Shown: in pieces, positions 1 through 6,664 of the stretch | Layout: every line of letters begins with the position of its first letter | Position numbering within the stretch: the first letter of the stretch is position 1 | Virus record (IMG/VR): IMGVR_UViG_3300005805_000016 | Span: 1-31,597 of that record | Source: a virus | Lineage: Duplodnaviria; Caudoviricetes | Length of the DNA stretch: 31,597 bases | Reading direction: 5' to 3' (one strand) | Notes under the pieces: model-generated | Seen by the model: only the letters and a program-made list of their open reading frames with translations | Told to the model about the DNA's origin: nothing | Database searches by the model: none | Position numbers and translations under genes: made by a program

Positions 1-99
1 CACATTGTCCAGATAAGTGGTATGCAAGAAGCCATGGTCTGCTTCCCATTTCGGGTTGGGCCTGCCATCTGGGAGGTACCATCTCTTAAAGATCCACGA
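1..99. repeat. 99-bp exact end overlap, identical to 31499-31597 (circular assembly)
   Basis: cacattgtcc...gatccacga is identical at both ends, and the terL reading frame is continuous across the junction. Confidence 0.97.
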
Positions 100-600
100 T
101 CCCTTTGTTGTGGGGTTAAAAGCGAGGTAAATGCGTCTTTCGCCTGGGCGTCTAAAAGAGTCCACCAGTTTAATGTATTCTTCCTCACTAGGGATTTCTG
201 TGGCTTCGTCTATCAGCAGGTGGGTAACATTAGATAGACCTTTGCCTTTGGCTGTGGTCGTGCCCTCAGAGATCTTCATACTGTGGGTAATGATCATGTT
301 GCCATTGGCTGGGTTCACTATCTCATCCCCAGAGATCTTGAGGGCTGAAGTCAAGCCCCAGGCTTGGATCAGATCCAGGATGTCCCGGTAGATGGAAGAG
401 GAGATGCTCCTTTGGGTGTACCTGGCTAGGACACCTCGGAAGTAATCTTGGCCAACCAGCTTCATAAGAAAGATCGCGGAGACTTGGGTTGATTTCCCCG
501 ATCCACGTCCTCCTGAGATCAACCAATAGGTCTTGTCCTCATAGAACAGAGGAGCGTAGGCATCTAGGAAGGTAAACTGTTTGACTGGCTGGGTGCTCAT
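1..600 (-). CDS. terL: Terminase large subunit, N-terminal ATPase half (PBSX/SPP1-like); joins 31498->30824, about 424 aa in total
   Basis: Manual translation from ATG at 600: MSTQPVKQFTFLDAYAPLFYEDKTYWLISGGRGSGKSTQV (Walker A GGRGSGKS) ... THLLIDEATE (Walker B) ... IYLAFNP (motif III) ... LHTTYLDNV, which matches the start of the 30824..31525 ORF. Missing from the supplied ORF track. Confidence 0.95.
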   Translation of the reverse strand, partial: MSTQPVKQFTFLDAYAPLFYEDKTYWLISGGRGSGKSTQVSAIFLMKLVGQDYFRGVLARYTQRSISSSIYRDILDLIQAWGLTSALKISGDEIVNPANGNMIITHSMKISEGTTTAKGKGLSNVTHLLIDEATEIPSEEEYIKLVDSFRRPGERRIYLAFNPTTKGSWIFKRWYLPDGRPNPKWEADHGFLHTTYLDNV

Positions 601-632
601 TTTTTTATCTGAGAAAGATTCATTACATTTGC
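601..632 (+). promoter_or_regulatory. Candidate Bacteroidota sigmaA-type promoter pointing antisense into terS
   Basis: TTTTTTAT-N15-TACATTTGC; TACATTTG fits the TAnnTTTG -7 element; same architecture as 29958-29989. Confidence 0.35.
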
Positions 633-650
633 GGGTTTATTGGCCGGGGG

Positions 651-1199
651 TCACTCCCTGGTCCAGCCAGGTGGGGCTGAGACCTTCCCTAGGTCGGGCA
701 TGAAGGCAAATTCTTGCGGGGGAGCCTCCACCGGTGGTTCTAAGAGTTCTTGGGGAGATTCTGCAGGTGCGCCCCCGCCGGTCTCCAAGAGGAGTTCGGA
801 GGCTGGGAGTTCTTTGTGTTCTCCCCCTGGGAGGGTTACCAAAGAGGTCCCAGCTAACGGGGAGGCTTCACCAATCATATTGCCTGGCAGATGGATCTGG
901 GGCATGTTGATCTGGATAGGCACCAAAGGTTTGCCGTCTACTCCTGTTAGCTCTTGCCTGCTAAGAGTGGGCACGAATCTCTCAGATATCTTAACCCATA
1001 GGTCCAAAGCTTTGTCTGGATGCTTCTGGGCGGTGCGTATTAACCAGTCCTCTAAATGCGGTGCAGCCCCAGCTAATAACTGTTCGAACGCCTCACGCAC
1101 CTTATCGGATACGCGAATTTTAGCGGTCGCCCCATGTGGCCTACCAGGATTTCCTGGTTGTCCGGGGAGTATTTTATTTTTCGGCGGGCGTCTAGGCAT
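651..1199 (-). CDS. terS: Terminase small subunit (putative)
   Basis: Immediately upstream of terL; N-terminal GQPGNPGRPHG and QELTGVDGKPL motifs typical of TerS-like proteins; Pro/Glu-rich disordered C-terminal tail. Confidence 0.75.
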   Translation of the reverse strand: MPRRPPKNKILPGQPGNPGRPHGATAKIRVSDKVREAFEQLLAGAAPHLEDWLIRTAQKHPDKALDLWVKISERFVPTLSRQELTGVDGKPLVPIQINMPQIHLPGNMIGEASPLAGTSLVTLPGGEHKELPASELLLETGGGAPAESPQELLEPPVEAPPQEFAFMPDLGKVSAPPGWTRE

Positions 1200-1258
1200 G
1201 GTTTTTCATTGATTTGGCGTTAAAATTTTTGTGGAAGCGGGGCGCCAGACCCCTTGGG

Positions 1259-1843
1259 TTAGTCCTTGTCCACTATAGGGTTAGGTTGGTTCAGAGGAGT
1301 TTGATGCCTGCATTCTAGGATCACATCATCATATCTCCCTTTATCTTTTCTCAGATCTACCACCTTCCAAACAAGGTTCAGATCCCGCGCTTTTTGGCAT
1401 AATGCCTCCAGATCTTTTGGGCTTTGGATGTCTTCTATGATTAACAGGCCGGAGGGAGCTAACTTGCTCATGTAATGCTCTAATACCCATTGCTGACTGG
1501 CCAGGGTATGTGGACCATCATCTATAATGACATCTAATGTGCCATCTTGGAATAGATTCAAGCACTCTGGAGTGTAAGCATCTTTTCGCACGAAGTGGAT
1601 TCGTTGGGATTCGGGTTTATGTCGCAAAGGATTCACATCTATGCCCCAAATTTGGGCTTGGGTGTAATAAGCATTCCATAACTCTAACGATCCTCCTTGC
1701 CACACACCTAATTCTAATATTTGCAGGGGTAAATCCCTTAACGGGGTAAAAGCCTGTTCATAATAGCCTTGGATATAGTTATGCACAGTGCCTTTATCAC
1801 AACTCTGGGCAAATCTCTTTTGGTATAGTTCGGTTAAGGTCAT
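1259..1843 (-). CDS. Class I SAM-dependent methyltransferase (Methyltransf_24 / MycE-TylE-like sugar O-methyltransferase type)
   Basis: ILELGVWQGGSL (motif I), IWGIDVN, DVIIDDGPH, GLLIIEDI; no DPPY/NPPY or PC motif of DNA methyltransferases. Confidence 0.85.
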   Translation of the reverse strand: MTLTELYQKRFAQSCDKGTVHNYIQGYYEQAFTPLRDLPLQILELGVWQGGSLELWNAYYTQAQIWGIDVNPLRHKPESQRIHFVRKDAYTPECLNLFQDGTLDVIIDDGPHTLASQQWVLEHYMSKLAPSGLLIIEDIQSPKDLEALCQKARDLNLVWKVVDLRKDKGRYDDVILECRHQTPLNQPNPIVDKD

Positions 1844-2091
1844 GTGGTTCTGATTATTCTAGGCGGATAAATCTTCTTGGGTGCTGCATTAGGTTTCCAG
1901 ACACTCTTGGGTAGTCTGCCTATCTCTTGCAGCATAATTAGTTCAGTTTTCCAACTTAAGCCTCTCCGTAAGTTTGTGACGCAACATCTGCTGACATTAT
2001 ACTTTTGTGCTACCTTGCGGCTGGGCAAGTGTTGGTGCTCGGTTAAGATTTCTACCACTTGGATTAGGTTAAGCTTGTTTCTCTGTGCCAT
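1840..2091 (-). CDS. Small helix-turn-helix DNA-binding protein
   Basis: KVAQKYNVSRCCVTNLRRGLSWK resembles the HTH at the C-terminus of the 5354 HNH-like protein; ATGA overlap with the downstream gene. Confidence 0.65.
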   Translation of the reverse strand: MAQRNKLNLIQVVEILTEHQHLPSRKVAQKYNVSRCCVTNLRRGLSWKTELIMLQEIGRLPKSVWKPNAAPKKIYPPRIIRTT

Positions 2092-2359
2092 CTTCTTGTT
2101 TATTAGGGAATATGCCTTCTGGACTAGCTTCGTCTAGGATCTGGTCAATCCTTACATGCACTGTCACTAACTCTTGCATTAAAGCAGCTTGTTTATCTAC
2201 TATCTTCTTATACTCGTCTATTAGGAATGCTCTTCTGCTAATCATGGTGTGCAACTCTTCGGCCAGTTTATTGTACTGCCTGCCTAGCTTCGTTAATGCT
2301 CTGGCATTTGGGGGTAAGTTTAAGACATCTATATTGCCTACTAGTAATTTCTCTTCCAT
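2069..2359 (-). CDS. Hypothetical protein, predicted coiled coil
   Basis: 96-aa ORF tightly packed in the operon; heptad-like helix. Confidence 0.65.
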   Translation of the reverse strand: MEEKLLVGNIDVLNLPPNARALTKLGRQYNKLAEELHTMISRRAFLIDEYKKIVDKQAALMQELVTVHVRIDQILDEASPEGIFPNKQEDGTEKQA

Positions 2360-2362
2360 GGT

Positions 2363-2584
2363 TTATCTTTTGGTGTTTAATGTGTGCGCTAAGGCGGTTA
2401 GCTTTTCCGTGGCTGCTTGTATTTCACTAATGTGTGCTAACATCTGGTTTATTGTTTGCGTGTCGCTATGAGCGTCTATTAGCGTTGTGGCGTAGCCATG
2501 TTCTTGCAACCATTCCTGGTATTGTTTGGCTCTTTTATCGCGATCCTTGGGATTCAGAATCTCTTTAACTATCATGCGTTCCAT
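2363..2584 (-). CDS. Hypothetical protein
   Basis: 73-aa ORF tightly packed between its neighbours. Confidence 0.6.
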   Translation of the reverse strand: MERMIVKEILNPKDRDKRAKQYQEWLQEHGYATTLIDAHSDTQTINQMLAHISEIQAATEKLTALAHTLNTKR

Positions 2585-2795
2585 ATTGGGCTTTATATTC
2601 TTGATAAATCTTGCGCACTTGTTGGGTGGTGTTACTCACACAGGCTCCGCAAGTGGTCATGGGCTTGTTCGTGCCGTGATATTGGTTGTAGATCGAGTAG
2701 ATCTTGCCTATTTCCTCGTGGGTCCAAAAGTGTTTGGGTTTTTGGAGCTGTGGCTCTAATTGGCGGAGTAAATCAATAATGGTGGGTGTCAACAT
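2565..2795 (-). CDS. Small CxxC protein
   Basis: IYSIYNQYHGTNKPMTTCGACV, a motif type I associate with small Bacteroidota phage proteins near sigma/terminase genes. Confidence 0.65.
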   Translation of the reverse strand: MLTPTIIDLLRQLEPQLQKPKHFWTHEEIGKIYSIYNQYHGTNKPMTTCGACVSNTTQQVRKIYQEYKAQYGTHDS

Positions 2796-2796
2796 A

Positions 2797-3045
2797 TTAG
2801 AAAGTGTTAATTTGTCGGTGCAGGATCGTGCCCAGGTAGGCTGCTGCCAGTGCTGCTATCGGGATCTGCCAAGATAGAGGCTCCGTCAGCAACAACATGA
2901 TCAAGTTGCTCCATAAACAGCCGCAAGTTACGCATCGCCAAGGTTTCTGAGCCTTTAGTCTTAACAGGTTTAGTACGCTTTCGTACTGGGGTTGTTGCAT
3001 CACTAGGGTGATGGCTGCTGTGAGCATTAGGATGTTGATCCACAT
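2797..3045 (-). CDS. Small membrane protein (DUF1360-like CxxC-xx-W motif)
   Basis: KPWRCVTCGCLW flanked by hydrophobic segments; probably GTG start. Confidence 0.6.
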   Translation of the reverse strand: MWINILMLTAAITLVMQQPQYESVLNLLRLKAQKPWRCVTCGCLWSNLIMLLLTEPLSWQIPIAALAAAYLGTILHRQINTF

Positions 3046-3193
3046 AGGAGTCTCTGATAATATTGGTGCGGAGTGGCAGTTTTAATTCCTGCTTCAGGCG
3101 ATAAACGGTTTCGTCTAGTTTTTGGACTGGGGTTTCATATCTCGTCTTGTGATCGGGATGGTCAAAACGCCAGCGAATCATTTTTGTGTTCAT
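2807..3193 (-). CDS. Hypothetical protein; C-terminal ~80 codons overlap the DUF1360-like gene in another frame
   Basis: ATG overlaps the sigma gene stop (ATGA at 3190-3193) and fills the otherwise empty 3046-3190 gap. Confidence 0.5.
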   Translation of the reverse strand: MNTKMIRWRFDHPDHKTRYETPVQKLDETVYRLKQELKLPLRTNIIRDSYVDQHPNAHSSHHPSDATTPVRKRTKPVKTKGSETLAMRNLRLFMEQLDHVVADGASILADPDSSTGSSLPGHDPAPTN

Positions 3194-3681
3194 ATGATAG
3201 ACATTTTAGTGCGAATATGGGTTTTAATTCGTTTGATGCTAAGGGAAATACTCGTGCGTGGTATGCCCGTTAAACGACTGAGAGCTAAGGCGTTGGCTCC
3301 GATGCCTGCATATTCTTTTAAGAGCATGTTCTCGTACCAACTTAGATCTTTGTCTATTATCCTATCTATCTCAGCGTGAAACTCCTCCTCCGTGTAAGGT
3401 TCATCTGGAATGTTTTCATGGCTCGGATCTAAAGGAATCTCTTCGTGCTTGAACGCTTTATAGAATGGCGAACTGGTGCTCTTCCACAGATTCATGCCTA
3501 TTCTTAAGCAATAAAAAAAGCCACCGCCGGCATCGACTATAGCTTGTGCATCTTTATGAGTCAAGAAAGCCAACACCACTTCTTGAGTTAAGTCGTGCCT
3601 TAGCTCGTGGTAACCTGTCATGCGATCTATCGCTGCTTGCAATAAGGGATAATTGATTTCTGACCATTGGGATACCGTCAA
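3190..3681 (-). CDS. ECF-like sigma-70 family RNA polymerase sigma factor
   Basis: Region 2-like HDLTQEVVLAFL...FFYCLRIGMNLW; region 4 HTH LSWYENMLL...LSRLTGIPRTSISLSIKRIK; 163 aa. Confidence 0.75.
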   Translation of the reverse strand: MTVSQWSEINYPLLQAAIDRMTGYHELRHDLTQEVVLAFLTHKDAQAIVDAGGGFFYCLRIGMNLWKSTSSPFYKAFKHEEIPLDPSHENIPDEPYTEEEFHAEIDRIIDKDLSWYENMLLKEYAGIGANALALSRLTGIPRTSISLSIKRIKTHIRTKMSII

Positions 3682-3701
3682 TTGTTGAGATTAGATTAGC
3701 T

Positions 3702-3711
3702 GTATATATTC
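3702..3711 (-). promoter_or_regulatory. GATATATA-class motif (GAATATATAC) upstream of the sigma operon
   Basis: About 20 nt upstream of the sigma start; similar boxes at 6384-6393, 6511-6520, 6590-6597 and 6700-6709. Confidence 0.4.
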
Positions 3712-3715
3712 TTAT

Positions 3716-4126
3716 ATGAGACCCCACGCCAAAAAACCCTTTCCCAAATCGTTTTATGACTACCGCAAGTTTAAGGTGGCTCATTACATGTTGTTTTGGT
3801 TCTTATGTAACGAGTTAGACGAGGATGAGGAAGGCTGGATCCGGATTAGTCGCAAGGATCTAGCCAATCTTTATCGGGAACGAGGTGGCTGTAAGATCAC
3901 TAACATTAGTGCAGTCATCTTTATGTTGCACACCGAAGGTTACATCTACCTCGAGTACAGCAAATCCAAAATGACCAACTATATTGATTTCAAGATCCGG
4001 ATTTGTGATGAGGCTTGGGATCCTCGAGTGGTGCACAACAAAGTGTACCAGTGTTCCACTACCCGGGCTGAACGCAAGCAGAGAGCGCTTCAGCAATTAG
4101 GTCTCGTTTCGGAGCCTGGACTTTAA
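3716..4126 (+). CDS. Hypothetical protein, possible winged-helix regulator, divergent from sigma
   Basis: 136-aa ORF filling the gap; ISRKDLANLY...ISAVIFMLHTEGYIYLEY resembles a wHTH. Confidence 0.6.
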   Translation: MRPHAKKPFPKSFYDYRKFKVAHYMLFWFLCNELDEDEEGWIRISRKDLANLYRERGGCKITNISAVIFMLHTEGYIYLEYSKSKMTNYIDFKIRICDEAWDPRVVHNKVYQCSTTRAERKQRALQQLGLVSEPGL

Positions 4127-4131
4127 TCTTC

Positions 4132-4485
4132 TTAACTTTCTTCTGCTTCTTCTGGTAAGCTTGTTTGATCTGTTGGATTTCCAAATAGGCTTTTGTTATT
4201 TCCATGATTTAATTGTCTTTCAAGTTCTTTTTCTTTGATTTTTTGAAATTCGGTTCTGGCTTTGGCGTTTTCGTAATCCGGATCAATGTTATGATCTAAA
4301 TAGTATTGTAAAGTGTTTTTAATGGCTTGTTTCATTAATCTTAAATCTTCATAAGTATAATACTTTTTATTGTTCTTACCACAATACAACACTAAAGGAT
4401 CTTTTAACATCTTTAGCCATTGGGCCTCTAAATTTTGTAGTGGATAACCTTTTTCAAATTCATAAACGTCATCTAAAAATCCCAT
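4132..4485 (-). CDS. Hypothetical protein
   Basis: 117-aa ORF with an A-rich leader (ACAAAAAACTATCTT-ATG). Confidence 0.7.
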   Translation of the reverse strand: MGFLDDVYEFEKGYPLQNLEAQWLKMLKDPLVLYCGKNNKKYYTYEDLRLMKQAIKNTLQYYLDHNIDPDYENAKARTEFQKIKEKELERQLNHGNNKSLFGNPTDQTSLPEEAEES

Positions 4486-4534
4486 AAGATAGTTTTTTGT
4501 TTAGTTAATTAAAATGTTTAAAAATGAATGAATC

Positions 4535-4686
4535 CAACGCGAAGCGTTGTGTGGAGTGGGGAAAGCTTTAATCAGATCTTATGAACGATAGTGAATAAGA
4601 TCTGTTAAAGTCTCACTCTGACTAGAGTCTCATTATATGTCTGGTAAAATTTTCCTCTCTTGTCTGGCAATTTTTGCCTGACTTGT
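4535..4686. other. Putative replication origin: three hairpins plus two 23-bp iteron-like repeats
   Basis: CAACGC-GAA-GCGTTG (4535-4549); CAGATCTTAT-N12-ATAAGATCTG (4573-4604); ACTCT-GACT-AGAGT (4615-4628); tandem 23-mers 4641-4663 and 4664-4686 (17/23 identical) at the 3' end of the initiator-like gene; AT-rich tract 4490-4530. Confidence 0.5.
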
Positions 4687-5028
4687 TTCCACCTCAGTTA
4701 AGATCTTTACTACCTCAATGTAATTAATTGCAAAATAATTTTTACAAGGAATGTCTTTACGGGTAATAGTAATCAATCCTAATTTTTGTAATTTGTCTAA
4801 ATCGTTTCGGATTTGTTTTTCTGAACAACGACAGTGTTCTGCTAATCTGTCGGTTTGTTGAAAAAATTCCCCCATGCCTAAAAAATATTGTTTATGTAAG
4901 CTCATAAGGGTTTGTAATAAAATAGTTGGTCTCAAATCTATGGCATCCCATAATTTTTTGTTCAAAATTGTGTAGCCTGTTTCAACTAACGAGTTGTGGG
5001 CAATTTCTCTTGCTTCGTAAATATTCAT
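4633..5028 (-). CDS. Replication initiator-like winged-helix protein
   Basis: EFFQQTDRLAEHCRCSEKQIRNDLDKLQKLGLITITRKDIPCKNYFAIN resembles phage replication protein N-terminal wHTH domains. Confidence 0.65.
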   Translation of the reverse strand: MNIYEAREIAHNSLVETGYTILNKKLWDAIDLRPTILLQTLMSLHKQYFLGMGEFFQQTDRLAEHCRCSEKQIRNDLDKLQKLGLITITRKDIPCKNYFAINYIEVVKILTEVETSQAKIARQERKILPDI

Positions 5029-5045
5029 ATGTTCGTTTTTATATT

Positions 5046-5357
5046 TTAATATTCGTAGTTTCCAAAGTCATCGTTATAAGGTTCAAGTTCGCTTTCCAAT
5101 CGACTTGAATTTAAGCTCATACAGCGCATTTCATCTTCATACCATATGTTGATATAACCTGCAGATGAAAGTTCAGCTACGAGCGTAGAAACCTGGTTTA
5201 AACGCATTCCAAAGGTGTCACTGATCCAGTAGTCTGAAGCATAAGCGTACCCTTTCTTGATTTCAAAGTTGTAGATGAGGTTTAGTATTAACTTTTCCTC
5301 GATAGAGAATCTGGAACTCTTCCAGATCTGTGGGCAGAATTGCAAATTTAGATTCAT
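5046..5357 (-). CDS. Helix-turn-helix domain protein (HTH_36-like)
   Basis: EKLILNLIYNF...AYASDYWISDTFGMRLNQVSTLVAELSSAGYI; ATG at 5357 overlaps the upstream stop (ATGA). Confidence 0.65.
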   Translation of the reverse strand: MNLNLQFCPQIWKSSRFSIEEKLILNLIYNFEIKKGYAYASDYWISDTFGMRLNQVSTLVAELSSAGYINIWYEDEMRCMSLNSSRLESELEPYNDDFGNYEY

Positions 5358-5857
5358 TTTGTTTTCCAAGTTTTATTGTGAACAATGGCTCCAATAGTGC
5401 AAGGCAGCACATTATATTCTTTAGCCAATTGGCTTTGATTGCGAATGCCTTGGGCGTAACTCTCTCGGATGTAACTAACATCTTCCCAAGTAAATCGGGT
5501 TAGATGATGTTTTTCTGCTGTGTGGTAACGATCTTGTTGCTTACGCAAGGCCATTAATTCTTTCTGATTCGTCCAATAAAGATTGTCTACCGAGTAGTTA
5601 TCAGGATTCTTATCCTTGAATCCCACAGAGTTATATTTAGAGGGATCTGGGTTAGGAGACCAGGTCTCCATAACCATTCGATGCACATATTTTTTACGGA
5701 CTTTTCTGTCTGGTAGCATAAAAGTAACCATCCAATAAGGATTATCTGTACAGGATGAAGCACTAATAAAATTACCTCTGAGGGAATTTTTAATTTTCCC
5801 GGACGGAGAAATATGATAGTTCTCGAATCCGGGAATAGGTTTGAATTGTTCTTCCAT
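5354..5857 (-). CDS. NUMOD4 / degenerate HNH / HTH protein
   Basis: FKPIPGFENYHISPSGKIKN (NUMOD4), VHRMVMETW, VGFKDKNPDNYSVDNLYW (HNH lacking His), C-terminal LAKEYNV..TIGAIVHNKTWK; likely start at ATG 5857, overlapping the upstream stop. Confidence 0.8.
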   Translation of the reverse strand: MEEQFKPIPGFENYHISPSGKIKNSLRGNFISASSCTDNPYWMVTFMLPDRKVRKKYVHRMVMETWSPNPDPSKYNSVGFKDKNPDNYSVDNLYWTNQKELMALRKQQDRYHTAEKHHLTRFTWEDVSYIRESYAQGIRNQSQLAKEYNVLPCTIGAIVHNKTWKTK

Positions 5858-6363
5858 TATTTTTCTCTTTTTCTCATTAATTTGCAGGTCCAACCTTTAT
5901 AACTTTTACCTGATTTCAACATGCGGACAACCCTCATTCGGTAAGTTCCAATTTCCTTCGCGGCATCGTAAGCACCTTTACAAAAGAAAGATTTGCCTGA
6001 TACGTGGATACATTTCAAGTCATCTGCTTGTTCTTTCTGAACGTTTAACTTAGGTGTAATATACCTTAGATTGGTAATCTTGTTTAATTTTTTATCTGGC
6101 TTAATGTGGTCAATATCCATATTAGCAGGACGTTCTCCCACAAATGCTAGCATAACTAAAGAGTGAACGGTGAAGGTTTTAAATACTCCGGGTTCACTAT
6201 ACAATCGCACCCCGTAATAATTTTCTGCGCCTGTCCTACTGTTTGTTAACATAAAAGGTTTGAGTAATTTGCCTTCAGGATGAAGGCGGTAAGACTTAAC
6301 TTCTCCAAAGTTAGACACTTTGTAGTCTTGGTAATTGGGAATTGCTTTCCATTGCTTTCTCAT
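5857..6363 (-). CDS. NUMOD4-HNH homing endonuclease, free-standing
   Basis: WKAIPNYQDYKVSNFGEVKS (NUMOD4), VHSLVMLAFVG...DIDHIKPDKKLNKITNLRYITPKLN (HNH), C-terminal NUMOD1-like AAKEIG. Confidence 0.88.
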   Translation of the reverse strand: MRKQWKAIPNYQDYKVSNFGEVKSYRLHPEGKLLKPFMLTNSRTGAENYYGVRLYSEPGVFKTFTVHSLVMLAFVGERPANMDIDHIKPDKKLNKITNLRYITPKLNVQKEQADDLKCIHVSGKSFFCKGAYDAAKEIGTYRMRVVRMLKSGKSYKGWTCKLMRKREK

Positions 6364-6383
6364 GATATTGTTTTTATATTCGT

Positions 6384-6393
6384 ACTATATATC
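6384..6393 (-). promoter_or_regulatory. GATATATAGT motif upstream of the HNH/replication operon
   Basis: Identical 10-mer at 6511-6520; overlapped by direct repeats TCGTACT (6380-6386 and 6392-6398). Confidence 0.45.
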
Positions 6394-6437
6394 GTACTCG
6401 GTCTTTATATCCTAAATTTGTCTATAGTTTCAAGCAC

Positions 6438-6510
6438 AAAAAACCCCGAACTAGAAAGTTCGGGGTACATCAGGAATGATAAAGATATATGAAGATACCT
6501 AGATAGGCAG
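6438..6510 (-). ncRNA. Candidate small RNA cassette C (about 70 nt)
   Basis: Follows GATATATAGT (6511-6520); ends in perfect hairpin ACCCCGAACT-TTCT-AGTTCGGGGT plus T-run. Confidence 0.5.
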
Positions 6511-6520
6511 ACTATATATC

Positions 6521-6588
6521 ACAAAGAACCCAAACAAATGTTTGGGCTCTTAGAAACGAATATATGATATCAGGAAAGTATACCTATT
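6521..6588 (-). ncRNA. Candidate small RNA cassette B (about 65 nt)
   Basis: Follows GATACATA (6590-6597); ends in hairpin AAGAGCCCAAAC-ATTT-GTTTGGGTTCTT, with a G-U pair only in the minus orientation. Confidence 0.45.
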
Positions 6589-6616
6589 GTATGTATCCAC
6601 TGCAACAAAGTTTCAT

Positions 6617-6645
6617 AAAAAAGTCCTGAGTAGAAACCCAGGACT
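6617..6645 (-). terminator. Intrinsic terminator ending the structural operon (also the end of candidate cassette A)
   Basis: AGTCCTGGGT-TTCT-ACTCAGGACT-TTTTT, with a G-U pair in the minus orientation. Confidence 0.8.
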
Positions 6646-6664
6646 CAAAAAATAACAACAATTA

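Noticed and set aside
640-1212. 190-aa plus-strand ORF
   Set aside because: Codon-aligned antisense shadow of terS with low-complexity sequence and a TTG start
5354-6363. Group I intron or intein hosting the HNH genes
   Set aside because: No interrupted host gene flanks them; the ORFs are translationally coupled and free-standing
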